Below are positions 56,127-64,000 of a stretch of DNA of 64,000 bases, in pieces. Both the position numbers and the translations under genes were made by a program. The stretch covers positions 744,020 through 808,019 of the forward strand of contig CAZSXR010000001.1 in NCBI GenBank assembly GCA_964611335.1. Reading direction: 5' to 3'. Within the stretch, counting starts at the first letter, position 1. Each line of letters starts with the position of its first letter. The stretch is from an uncultured Pseudobdellovibrionaceae bacterium. GTDB taxonomy: Bacteria; Bdellovibrionota_B; Oligoflexia; Oligoflexales; Bog-1112. A model generated the notes under the pieces. The model did not search any database and was not told where the DNA came from. It was given only the letters and a program-made list of their open reading frames with translations.

Positions 56127-58496
56127 GTGATCAGAAACGGTAGAAATCGAAGACCCTACTCTTTTGTATTGGCATCATTCTTTTCGATGTCGATGCTCTT
56201 CGTTTTTTATTTCACACTTAGTAAATGTTCTAATGATAGCAATAATTCTGAAAAAGTCAGCATTCCTGTGACTCTTAGCTACACACCCAAAACAGGTTTA
56301 GATCTTAGTGACTCCTTAGATCTCGCATCTAATGCAACATCTGTCAGTATATCTGTCACAGGCTGTGCAAGTGGTGCGAATTACCCTTCGCAGTTAAATC
56401 CTACAGGTGTTGTAAGTCTATTTGTTGGAGATAGAAACTGTCTAGTTAAGTTACAAAGTTTTGAAGTTTTTGGAACCATTTATTCAGCGACAGCAACGGG
56501 AGCGACAAACTTCACAACGTGGACTCCAGGAAGTGTTGCAACCTTTGCAAGTATAAGCTCGTCAACAACTACAATTAAAGTTTTTGTCGCATCTCAAGTT
56601 ACAGCAGCGGGTGTTCTGTCAAATGATGCAGTAACCTACACGTTTACCGATACGAGTTCCACAACAACGCAGAACATATCACAAGCGTCAATTTCAACTC
56701 CTGTTCCCCTTTCTGTATCAGGGCACACGGGTGAACCAAACTTCACTTTAACAGCAGCTCGTGCTCTCTCTATAAATGCAAACGGTTCCTACAATATGTC
56801 TTTTACTTTGCAATGTGCTGTTCCAGAGACAGGATCTACAGGCCCCACCTATGCATGCAGTGGAGCTTTATTGCAATCACAGTTTGACTATATATTGATT
56901 CATGATGCGTATTCACAAGGTGTTATCACTGTTCAACAAGCGAATGCAGCGTTCGTTGCAAACACTCCCACAACTGTGGGAACTCTCACGGTTGCGCCGG
57001 GTGGAAATGATTTGAATGGTAACAATCTCCCCAATGGTGGTTTTTACACAAGCAATGCAAGTCCTCTTGTAACAGGCACAACGCCTGTATTTTCAAACAA
57101 TAGGGACAATGTATTTATACTTCGACAGAAAACAACAGGTGGAAGTGCTACAGGGTATTTGTATTTCTACGTGAATTTACCGCTTATTTCTTCAAGTGTC
57201 AGTGCGTGTGGTGGTGCTTTTGCGGGTGGAGATGGAAGTGCAACGAGTCCCTACGGTGTGAACGATGTTACTACGTTGGCAAATGTGGATGCGTGTGGAA
57301 CATCTGCAACTTATTTTGTGCAACTTGCAACATTTGACTTAGGAGGTTCGGGAACGCCTTGGACTCCTATTCAGCTTAATGGCCAGTATGATGGAGGAGG
57401 ATATTCCATCACAGGTCTTTATGTAAACAGAACTACCGCAAGTGCAAGCGACGCTTTGTTTAGTAGTATAGGTACGGGTGCAAGCGTCGCGAATCTTACA
57501 ATAAGTTCGGGAAGTGTAAGTTCCTCAGGAACAAACATAGGCATGTTGGCAGGAACATCTAGTGGTTCCATCACGAATGTGACTGTGAGTGGCACCGTAG
57601 CAACACAAGGAACCATTGCATCGACGGTCATTATAGGTGGTTTGATTGGAAACTTAGCGACTGGTGGGAGCATCACAAGCTCGAGTTCAACAGCAAGTGT
57701 GACATGGGGTGCAACAACATTGACAGGAACGACAGTACAAATGGGAGGTCTTGTTGGAAATACTTCAGGGACATCGATTACTTCGTGCTCTTACGTGGGA
57801 ACTATAACGGCAACGCAACGTGTTGGTACTTTTGTACTGAATGCAGTCGGTGGTTTAGTAGGATCTGTAACCGCAGGAAGTGTGTCTCAGAACTATGCAA
57901 TAGCAACGATGTCGGTAAACCCCAACACATCTTTAGGTCCTCAGGATATAGGAGGCTTGGTGGGTCAGACGGCAGCAAGCATTACACTTTCACAAAACTA
58001 TGCGTCGGGTTCTTTAACGGTGACAAGAGTTGCAAGCTCAGCTGTATACAATATAGGTGGTATGGTGGGACTAGCGGGTGCAACAAGCACGATTATAAAT
58101 TCTTACACGATGGTAACGATGAGTGTTACGACAGCAACAGCGACAGACTTTTACGGAGGTTTTGTAGGAAAAGCAGTTGCTATAACCGATTGTTATTCTG
58201 CGAATCCAACGATGTCGACGACACAGGGTAACGCTTTTGCAAAGGCATCGGGTGTAACAGGTACTGTTACAACGTCCTATTACGATTCTATTGGTGGCTT
58301 ACCTACTCAAGGAGCTATCACAGGTTTGAGTGCTATCACTCCTGCGAATATTGCAACGCAAGGAAGTTTTACGGGATTTGATTTCGCAACACCGATATGG
58401 AGAATGCCAAGTGCTAACCCACTTGCCTCTCCGAATACAACTTTGAGTCCTGTGTTGAACTGGCAGTGCGGTTCGAATGGAATTACGTGTATTTAA
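56127..58496 (+). CDS. GLUG-repeat lipoprotein, family member 7 (~789 aa)
   Basis: The track ORF starts at GTG 56085. By analogy with the paralog N-termini (x-I/L-R-N..), GTG 56127 (MIRNGRNRR..) is more likely. Lipobox FTLSKCS; ends WQCGSNGITCI. Confidence 0.8.
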   Translation: MIRNGRNRRPYSFVLASFFSMSMLFVFYFTLSKCSNDSNNSEKVSIPVTLSYTPKTGLDLSDSLDLASNATSVSISVTGCASGANYPSQLNPTGVVSLFVGDRNCLVKLQSFEVFGTIYSATATGATNFTTWTPGSVATFASISSSTTTIKVFVASQVTAAGVLSNDAVTYTFTDTSSTTTQNISQASISTPVPLSVSGHTGEPNFTLTAARALSINANGSYNMSFTLQCAVPETGSTGPTYACSGALLQSQFDYILIHDAYSQGVITVQQANAAFVANTPTTVGTLTVAPGGNDLNGNNLPNGGFYTSNASPLVTGTTPVFSNNRDNVFILRQKTTGGSATGYLYFYVNLPLISSSVSACGGAFAGGDGSATSPYGVNDVTTLANVDACGTSATYFVQLATFDLGGSGTPWTPIQLNGQYDGGGYSITGLYVNRTTASASDALFSSIGTGASVANLTISSGSVSSSGTNIGMLAGTSSGSITNVTVSGTVATQGTIASTVIIGGLIGNLATGGSITSSSSTASVTWGATTLTGTTVQMGGLVGNTSGTSITSCSYVGTITATQRVGTFVLNAVGGLVGSVTAGSVSQNYAIATMSVNPNTSLGPQDIGGLVGQTAASITLSQNYASGSLTVTRVASSAVYNIGGMVGLAGATSTIINSYTMVTMSVTTATATDFYGGFVGKAVAITDCYSANPTMSTTQGNAFAKASGVTGTVTTSYYDSIGGLPTQGAITGLSAITPANIATQGSFTGFDFATPIWRMPSANPLASPNTTLSPVLNWQCGSNGITCI
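57561..58496 (+). repeat. copy B of ~0.94-kb direct repeat (3' block of member 7)
   Basis: Offset of exactly 2388 bp to copy C. 58059-58450 reads identical base for base to 60447-60838 (392 bp). Mismatches elsewhere are scattered. Confidence 0.9.
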
Positions 58497-58514
58497 CGAA
58501 GAAGGAGTTTGGGT

Positions 58515-60884
58515 GTGAATCAAAGAGTTAACATAAAACCACGTTTCATCTTGGTGTCGGTATTTTGGATGCCGTTGTTAGCTCTTTTGTATTTTACTTT
58601 TCATTCTTGTTCTAATGATGAGAACTCCGATCTTGTTGCTGTTGAGATTCCTATTTCCGTAACCTACCAACCTTCTACAGAGCTTGCGCAAGAGGAGGAT
58701 TCCCTCGAACTTGTATCATCAGCAACGGTCGTCACGGCTTCTATTTCAGGTTGTTCAAGTGGATATACAGCAGGAACGACGGTTCAAACTTCAACTATAA
58801 CTATGTATCTGACTGATAAAAACTGTCTTGTGAAGTTACAAAGTTTCATCTTTCAAAACACAACGTATTCTGCAACTGCAACCGGCGCAACAAACTTCAC
58901 AACTTGGTTAGCAGGAGATGCTGCAAGTTTTGCAAGCACAGCATCTTCTACCAATGTAATTAAAGTCAAAGTCGGTACGCAGGTTACACAAGCGGGTATA
59001 CTGAATACAGATGTAGTATCCTATCTCTTTACAGATATTTCTTCAACCACCACTCAAAATTTAACACAGCCTTCTGTCTCAACACCTGTTCCTCTTTCCG
59101 TTAGTGGGAAATCACCAAACTTTACTTTGACTGCAGCGAGAACTCTTGCAATCAATGCGAATGGTTCGTACAGTGTTTCCTTCACTTTGCAATGTGGTGT
59201 TTTGCAAACGGGATCTGGTGCAACTGCTGCATGTGATGGTGCAACGTTACAGGCTACAACACCTGCGCAACTGTCTTATATATTTATACCGGATGTTTAT
59301 TCTCAGGGTGCACTTGATGTTACACAATTAACAGCAGCTTTCGGTGCGAATACGCCAACAAGTGTGGGTACACTGACTGTGAACCCTGGTGGTGCAGATT
59401 TAAATGGAAACACTCTGACAAACGGTGGATTTTATACAAGCAATGCAAGCCCCCTTGTAACAGGAACGACACCAGTTTATCCGAGTGCTTTGAACTACGT
59501 GTTTATGCTTCGACGATCAGATTCTTTCTCAAACGCATTGGGCTATTTATATTTCTATGTAACCTTTCCTTCTTTCTCTTCTCTCGTTAGTGGATGTGGA
59601 ACTACGTTTGCAGGTGGAGCAGGAACTGCAGCAGATCCTTATGGGGTTAATGATCGTACGACTTTAGCAAACACCGTAAACTGCGCAACATCTGCAACTT
59701 ATTTTGTACAAACTGCCAATATAGATTTGGGTGGTTCTGGAAACCCATGGATACCTATTCAACTCAATGGCCAGTACAATGGAAATGGAAATTCTATCAC
59801 AGGACTTTATGTAAACCGTTCGACAGCAAGTGCAAGCGACGCTTTGTTTACTAGCATTGCTACGGGAGCGAGCGTTTCAAACTTAAATATTACATCTGCG
59901 AGTGTATCGTCTGCAGGCACAAAAATAGGCATTCTTGCGGCAGATGCAAGTGGTTCCATCACGAATGTGACTGTGAGTGGCACCGTAGCAACACAAGGGA
60001 CCATTGCATCGACAGTCATCATAGGTGGTTTGATTGGAAACTTAGCGTCGGGTGGAAGCATCACAAGCTCGAGTTCAACAGCAAGTGTGACATGGGGTGC
60101 AACAACATTGACAGGAACGACAGTACAAATGGGAGGTCTTGTTGGAAATACTTCAGGGACATCGATTACTTCGTGTTCTTACGTGGGAACTATAACGGCA
60201 ACGCAACGTGTTGGTACGTTCGTACTGAATGCAGTCGGTGGTTTAGTAGGATCTGTGACCGCAGGAAGTGTGTCCCAGAACTATGCAATAGCAACGATGT
60301 CGGTAAACCCTAATACATCTTTAGGTCCTCAGGATATAGGGGGCCTAGTTGGTCAGACGGCAGCAAGCATAACGCTTTCGCAAAACTATGCATCGGGTTC
60401 TATGACGGTTACAAGAGTTGCAAGCACAGCTGTATACAGCATTGGGGGTATGGTGGGACTAGCGGGTGCAACAAGCACGATTATAAATTCTTACACGATG
60501 GTAACGATGAGTGTTACGACAGCAACAGCGACAGACTTTTACGGAGGTTTTGTAGGAAAAGCAGTTGCTATAACCGATTGTTATTCTGCGAATCCAACGA
60601 TGTCGACGACACAGGGTAACGCTTTTGCAAAGGCATCGGGTGTAACAGGTACTGTTACAACGTCCTATTACGATTCTATTGGTGGCTTACCTACTCAAGG
60701 AGCTATCACAGGTTTGAGTGCTATCACTCCTGCGAATATTGCAACGCAAGGAAGTTTTACGGGATTTGATTTCGCAACACCGATATGGAGAATGCCAAGT
60801 GCTAACCCACTTGCCTCTCCGAATACAACTTTGAGTCCGGTGTTAGACTGGCAGTGTGGTTCGAATGGAATTACGTGTATTTAA
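58515..60884 (+). CDS. GLUG-repeat lipoprotein, family member 8 (~789 aa)
   Basis: The GAAGGAG SD is 8 nt before GTG 58515; track TTG 58509 is only 2 nt from the SD. Lipobox FTFHSCS. The 3' block is near-identical to member 7. Confidence 0.85.
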   Translation: MNQRVNIKPRFILVSVFWMPLLALLYFTFHSCSNDENSDLVAVEIPISVTYQPSTELAQEEDSLELVSSATVVTASISGCSSGYTAGTTVQTSTITMYLTDKNCLVKLQSFIFQNTTYSATATGATNFTTWLAGDAASFASTASSTNVIKVKVGTQVTQAGILNTDVVSYLFTDISSTTTQNLTQPSVSTPVPLSVSGKSPNFTLTAARTLAINANGSYSVSFTLQCGVLQTGSGATAACDGATLQATTPAQLSYIFIPDVYSQGALDVTQLTAAFGANTPTSVGTLTVNPGGADLNGNTLTNGGFYTSNASPLVTGTTPVYPSALNYVFMLRRSDSFSNALGYLYFYVTFPSFSSLVSGCGTTFAGGAGTAADPYGVNDRTTLANTVNCATSATYFVQTANIDLGGSGNPWIPIQLNGQYNGNGNSITGLYVNRSTASASDALFTSIATGASVSNLNITSASVSSAGTKIGILAADASGSITNVTVSGTVATQGTIASTVIIGGLIGNLASGGSITSSSSTASVTWGATTLTGTTVQMGGLVGNTSGTSITSCSYVGTITATQRVGTFVLNAVGGLVGSVTAGSVSQNYAIATMSVNPNTSLGPQDIGGLVGQTAASITLSQNYASGSMTVTRVASTAVYSIGGMVGLAGATSTIINSYTMVTMSVTTATATDFYGGFVGKAVAITDCYSANPTMSTTQGNAFAKASGVTGTVTTSYYDSIGGLPTQGAITGLSAITPANIATQGSFTGFDFATPIWRMPSANPLASPNTTLSPVLDWQCGSNGITCI
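59949..60884 (+). repeat. copy C of ~0.94-kb direct repeat (3' block of member 8)
   Basis: See copy B. Confidence 0.9.
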
Positions 60885-60899
60885 CAGAGGAGTTTGAGT

Positions 60900-63284
60900 G
60901 TGAAATGGAAGTTTGAAATGTTTAAAAGAATAGCGATGGTTTCCACCTTTTGGATATCTCTCGCTATGTTTTTGCATTTCACTTTTGAAGCTTGCTCAAA
61001 TGATTCTAATAACAATGCAGAGACAGTGAATATACCGCTCAAAGTTTTATACACAGCTTCACAAAATTTAGATCTTCAAAACCAAGGAGAATTGGGACTT
61101 GTCAATGGAACTGTACAAATTATTTCTGTTGCTGGATGTGCCAGTGGATTTGCACAAGCACCTGAGGTGGATGACTGGGGTTATGTCACTCTTTTGTTGA
61201 AAGATAGAAACTGTCTTGTAAAACTCAGTAGTTTTGTCTATGGAACAACGACTTATTCAGCTACAGCAACCGGTGCAACAAATTTTACAACATGGTTAGC
61301 GAATGACACAGCAACCTTTGCAAGTATTACAAACTCTTCAGACCTTCTTCGTGTAGTTGTCACAGCACAAGTAACTCAAGGTGGTATTCTAAACACAGAC
61401 GTTGTGACTTATACGTTCAACACTATTGCTGCGACAACAACGCAAAGCTTAGCGCAACCTACTATTTCAACAGCTGTTCCTCTTTCTGTGAGAGGTAAGT
61501 CACCAAACTTTACTATGACAGCTGCTAGAACCCTTACGATTAATGCAAATGGTTCTTACAGTGTATCGTTCACTTTACAATGTGGTGTTTTACAAACGGG
61601 ATCTGGTGCAACTGCCGCATGCGATGGTGCAACGTTACAGGCTACAACGCCTGCTCAAGTCGATTATATATTTATACCGGATGCCTATTCACAGGGTGCC
61701 ATTACAGAAGCGCAAATGGCTTCAGCTTTTGGTGCTACTACACCAACAAATGTGGGTACATTGACTGTGAACCCTGGTGGTGCAGACTTAAACGGAAATA
61801 CATTAACGAATGGTGGATTTTATACAAGCAATGCAAGTCCTCTAGTAACAGGGACAACACCCGTCTATCCGAATGCATTGAACTATGTGTTTATAGTTCG
61901 TAGAAGAGATACCTTCTCTAATGCTTTGGGCTATCTATATTTCTATGTAAATTTCCCATCGCAATCTATTAATGTTAGCGGATGTGGAACTTACTTCGTA
62001 GGAGGTTCCGGTACATCCATAGATCCTTATCAAGTGGCAGATCGTGCAACTTTAGCAAACACAGCTTTATGTACAAGTTCCACAACCTATTTCTTACAAA
62101 CAGACAATATTGACTTGGGTGGTTCAGGAAACCCTTGGACACCTATACAACTCTATGGTCAGTACAATGGGAGTGGATACAATATTACGGGACTCTATAT
62201 AAGCAGTACAACAGGAAGCGGTGGTGCAAGTTTTGGTTTGTTCAGCACAATGAACACAGGTTCTAGTGTTTCCGATTTGAACCTTGTTTCTGTAAGTGTA
62301 ACTGCAGCAGGTTTGAACGTCGGAGCCTTAGCAGGAAATGCTAGTGGTTCAGTAACGAATTGTACAGTGAGTGGAACAGTCACGACGGGTGCTGCTGCAA
62401 TTTCTCAAAACGTGGTGATGGGAGGGCTTGTTGGAAATTTAGCGACAGGTGGAACGATTACGACTTCTAATTCAACAGCAAGTGTATCGTGGGGGACGAG
62501 TACTTTATCAGGAACACGTACAGTGCAAGTGGGTGGGCTTGTTGGTAATACTTCAGGAACTTCCATTACACTCAGCTCTTATGTCGGTACGATCAGCGCA
62601 ACCGAAGCGGTGGGAACGTTTACGCTCAATGCAGTTGGTGGATTGGTTGGTTCTGTTACAGCAGGATCTGTTTCACAGAATTATGCAATTCCTACAATGA
62701 CAGTGACTCCAGGTACGTCCTTAGGACCTCAAGATATAGGTGGACTTGTAGGTCAAACAGCTGCAGGTATTACTCTGACACAAAATTATGCTTCAGGTTC
62801 TATCACTGTAACAAGGCCAGCAAGTACTGCAGTCTATAGTATAGGAGGTATGGTAGGTCTTGCTGGAACAACCAGTACTATTTCAAATTCCTATACGATG
62901 GTAACGATGAGTGTTACGACAGCAACAGCGACAGACTTTTACGGAGGTTTTGTAGGAAAGGCCGTTGCTATAACCGATTGCTATTCTGCGAATCCATCGA
63001 TGTCGACAACGCAGGGTAACGCTTTTGCAAAGGCATCAGGTGTAACAGGTACCGTTACAACATCCTATTACGATTCTATTGTAGGCTTGCCTACTCAAGG
63101 AGCTATCACAGGTTTGAGTGCCATAACTCCTGCGAATATTGCAACGCAAGGAAGTTTTACAGGATTCGATTTCGCAACACCGATATGGAGAATGCCAAGT
63201 GCTAACCCACTTGCATCTCCGAATACAACTTTGAGTCCAGTCTTGAACTGGCAGTGCGGTTCGAATGGAATCACATGTATTTAA
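60900..63284 (+). CDS. GLUG-repeat lipoprotein, family member 9 (~794 aa)
   Basis: The GAGGAG SD is 8 nt before GTG 60900 (the track ORF starts at TTG 60894). Lipobox FTFEACS. The N-module shares a long near-identical stretch with member 8 (ANGSYSVSFTLQCGVLQTGSGATAACDGATLQATTPAQ). Confidence 0.85.
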   Translation: MKWKFEMFKRIAMVSTFWISLAMFLHFTFEACSNDSNNNAETVNIPLKVLYTASQNLDLQNQGELGLVNGTVQIISVAGCASGFAQAPEVDDWGYVTLLLKDRNCLVKLSSFVYGTTTYSATATGATNFTTWLANDTATFASITNSSDLLRVVVTAQVTQGGILNTDVVTYTFNTIAATTTQSLAQPTISTAVPLSVRGKSPNFTMTAARTLTINANGSYSVSFTLQCGVLQTGSGATAACDGATLQATTPAQVDYIFIPDAYSQGAITEAQMASAFGATTPTNVGTLTVNPGGADLNGNTLTNGGFYTSNASPLVTGTTPVYPNALNYVFIVRRRDTFSNALGYLYFYVNFPSQSINVSGCGTYFVGGSGTSIDPYQVADRATLANTALCTSSTTYFLQTDNIDLGGSGNPWTPIQLYGQYNGSGYNITGLYISSTTGSGGASFGLFSTMNTGSSVSDLNLVSVSVTAAGLNVGALAGNASGSVTNCTVSGTVTTGAAAISQNVVMGGLVGNLATGGTITTSNSTASVSWGTSTLSGTRTVQVGGLVGNTSGTSITLSSYVGTISATEAVGTFTLNAVGGLVGSVTAGSVSQNYAIPTMTVTPGTSLGPQDIGGLVGQTAAGITLTQNYASGSITVTRPASTAVYSIGGMVGLAGTTSTISNSYTMVTMSVTTATATDFYGGFVGKAVAITDCYSANPSMSTTQGNAFAKASGVTGTVTTSYYDSIVGLPTQGAITGLSAITPANIATQGSFTGFDFATPIWRMPSANPLASPNTTLSPVLNWQCGSNGITCI
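62343..63284 (+). repeat. copy D of direct repeat (3' block of member 9; 5' half more diverged, 2 extra codons)
   Basis: From ~62890 onward it is very close to copies B and C (for example a 66-bp identical run acgatggtaacgatgagtgttacgacagcaacagcgacagacttttacggaggttttgtaggaaa). The last 200 bp is a patchwork of A-type and B/C-type variants. Confidence 0.8.
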
Positions 63285-63298
63285 AGTGAGGATATTTT

Positions 63299-64000
63299 GT
63301 GAGCATAAGATTACACATCGATAATAGATCTACACGTCTGATTCTGACGTCCGTGTTTTGGATATCGATGCTTTCCCTTTTACCTTTTGTAATCGATGCT
63401 TGTTCGAATGATGAAAATAATGATGCTTCGAGTTATGAAATACCTGTAAGTATTATAGATACAAATTCGCAAAGTTTAGAAATTCAAAATTCAGATGAGA
63501 ATTCTCTAGGTCTTGTTAATGGTACGAATCCTGCAGTGGCAGTTACAGGTTGTGCAAGTGGAAACACTCAACTTGCGCATATTATTACGAGTACGGTCAC
63601 ACTGTTACTTAAAGATAAAAACTGTCTTGTAAGACTTGTAAGTTTTGTCTACTTAACAAACACCTATTCCGCAACGGCGACAGGAGCTACAAACTTTACA
63701 ACATGGTTAGCAAATGATACAGCGACTTTCGTAAATGTGAATACATCTACCGATACTTTGAAAGTTACTGTGACGGCTCAGGTTACTCAATCGGGTGTGT
63801 TGAATACCGACGTGGTGACTTATAATTTTCTTACGAGCACCTCTTCTACAACGCAGACTTTAGCAGCTCCTCTCATACAAACAGGGGTTCCTCTTTCCGT
63901 TAGAGGAGTAACTCCAAACTTCACAATGGCCGCAGCGCGGTCTCTTTCTGTGAATGCAAATGGTTCCATAAATATGTCTTTCACTCTCGAGTGTGGGGTT
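63299..64000 (+). CDS. GLUG-repeat lipoprotein, family member 10 (5' part only; runs off the right edge)
   Basis: Absent from the ORF track (no stop in window). My translation from GTG 63299 (GAGGA SD) gives VSIRLHIDNRSTRLILTSVFWISMLSLLPFVIDACSNDENN...VTGCASGN..DKNCLVRLVSFVY..YSATATGATNFTTWLANDTATF...NMSFTLECGV. Confidence 0.8.
   Translation, partial: MSIRLHIDNRSTRLILTSVFWISMLSLLPFVIDACSNDENNDASSYEIPVSIIDTNSQSLEIQNSDENSLGLVNGTNPAVAVTGCASGNTQLAHIITSTVTLLLKDKNCLVRLVSFVYLTNTYSATATGATNFTTWLANDTATFVNVNTSTDTLKVTVTAQVTQSGVLNTDVVTYNFLTSTSSTTQTLAAPLIQTGVPLSVRGVTPNFTMAAARSLSVNANGSINMSFTLECGV

Noticed and set aside
57419-57676. Antisense Pro/Val/Thr-rich ORFs inside the family genes (for example 47184..47417, 52005..52217, 57419..57676, 59807..60064, 62195..62383, 38965..39372)
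   Set aside because: They mirror the Gly/Thr/Val-rich sense codons (GGN/ACN/GTN give few antisense stops). They have no SD and no start conservation, and are wholly nested in much longer, family-supported ORFs.
54970-63284. Diversity-generating retroelement (template/variable repeat) as the explanation for the near-identical blocks
   Set aside because: There is no reverse-transcriptase ORF anywhere in the window. The mismatches I tabulated between copies involve all base types (a-g, t-c, t-g, a-t) rather than adenine-specific changes. The variable part is the N-module, not a short C-terminal VR.
39732-64000. CRISPR array or non-coding tandem repeat as the source of the periodicity
   Set aside because: The periodicity is about 2.4 kb of continuous ORF with signal peptides and SD sites. 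There are no 25-40 bp repeat/spacer units and no cas genes.

Overview
AT-rich (about 40-45% GC by eye) Gram-negative chromosomal window with no rRNA, tRNA, CRISPR array, transposase or integrase that I could find. The first ~38 kb mixes housekeeping genes with many secreted or lipoprotein genes. Housekeeping: cytochrome c peroxidase fragment, pncA, SCO1/SenC, family-5 ABC substrate-binding protein, LptF/G-type permease, HU, fadBA, trmH, rpsD, DnaC/DnaI-like loader, thioredoxin. Secreted or lipoprotein: two Ser/Thr-rich lipoproteins, an S8 subtilase with PA domain, a thermolysin-like metalloprotease with a C-terminal P-domain, an Ig-repeat lipoprotein coupled to an OmpA-like protein, and a short RCC1-repeat protein. 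The gene content is reminiscent of Bdellovibrio-like predators, but that cannot be proven from sequence alone. The standout is the last ~24 kb (39.7-64.0 kb). It holds at least ten consecutive paralogous genes (two on the minus strand, eight head-to-tail on the plus strand, the last running off the window) for 780-1010 aa lipoproteins. Each has (i) a lipobox signal peptide, (ii) a ~330 aa Cys-framed N-terminal module I cannot assign to any named family, (iii) a long GLUG-type (GGLxG) repeat region and (iv) a conserved tail ending in WQCGSNGITCI. Three members extend this tail with a DUF642-like domain. Four consecutive members share near-identical ~0.94 kb 3' blocks, including a 392-bp stretch I read as base-for-base identical, with patchwork polymorphism indicating gene conversion. 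All eight plus-strand members appear to start on GTG or TTG, with 9-14 nt spacers. I regard this array as the candidate undescribed system (a variable surface adhesin or recognition repertoire). Novelty and function cannot be established without database and structure searches.
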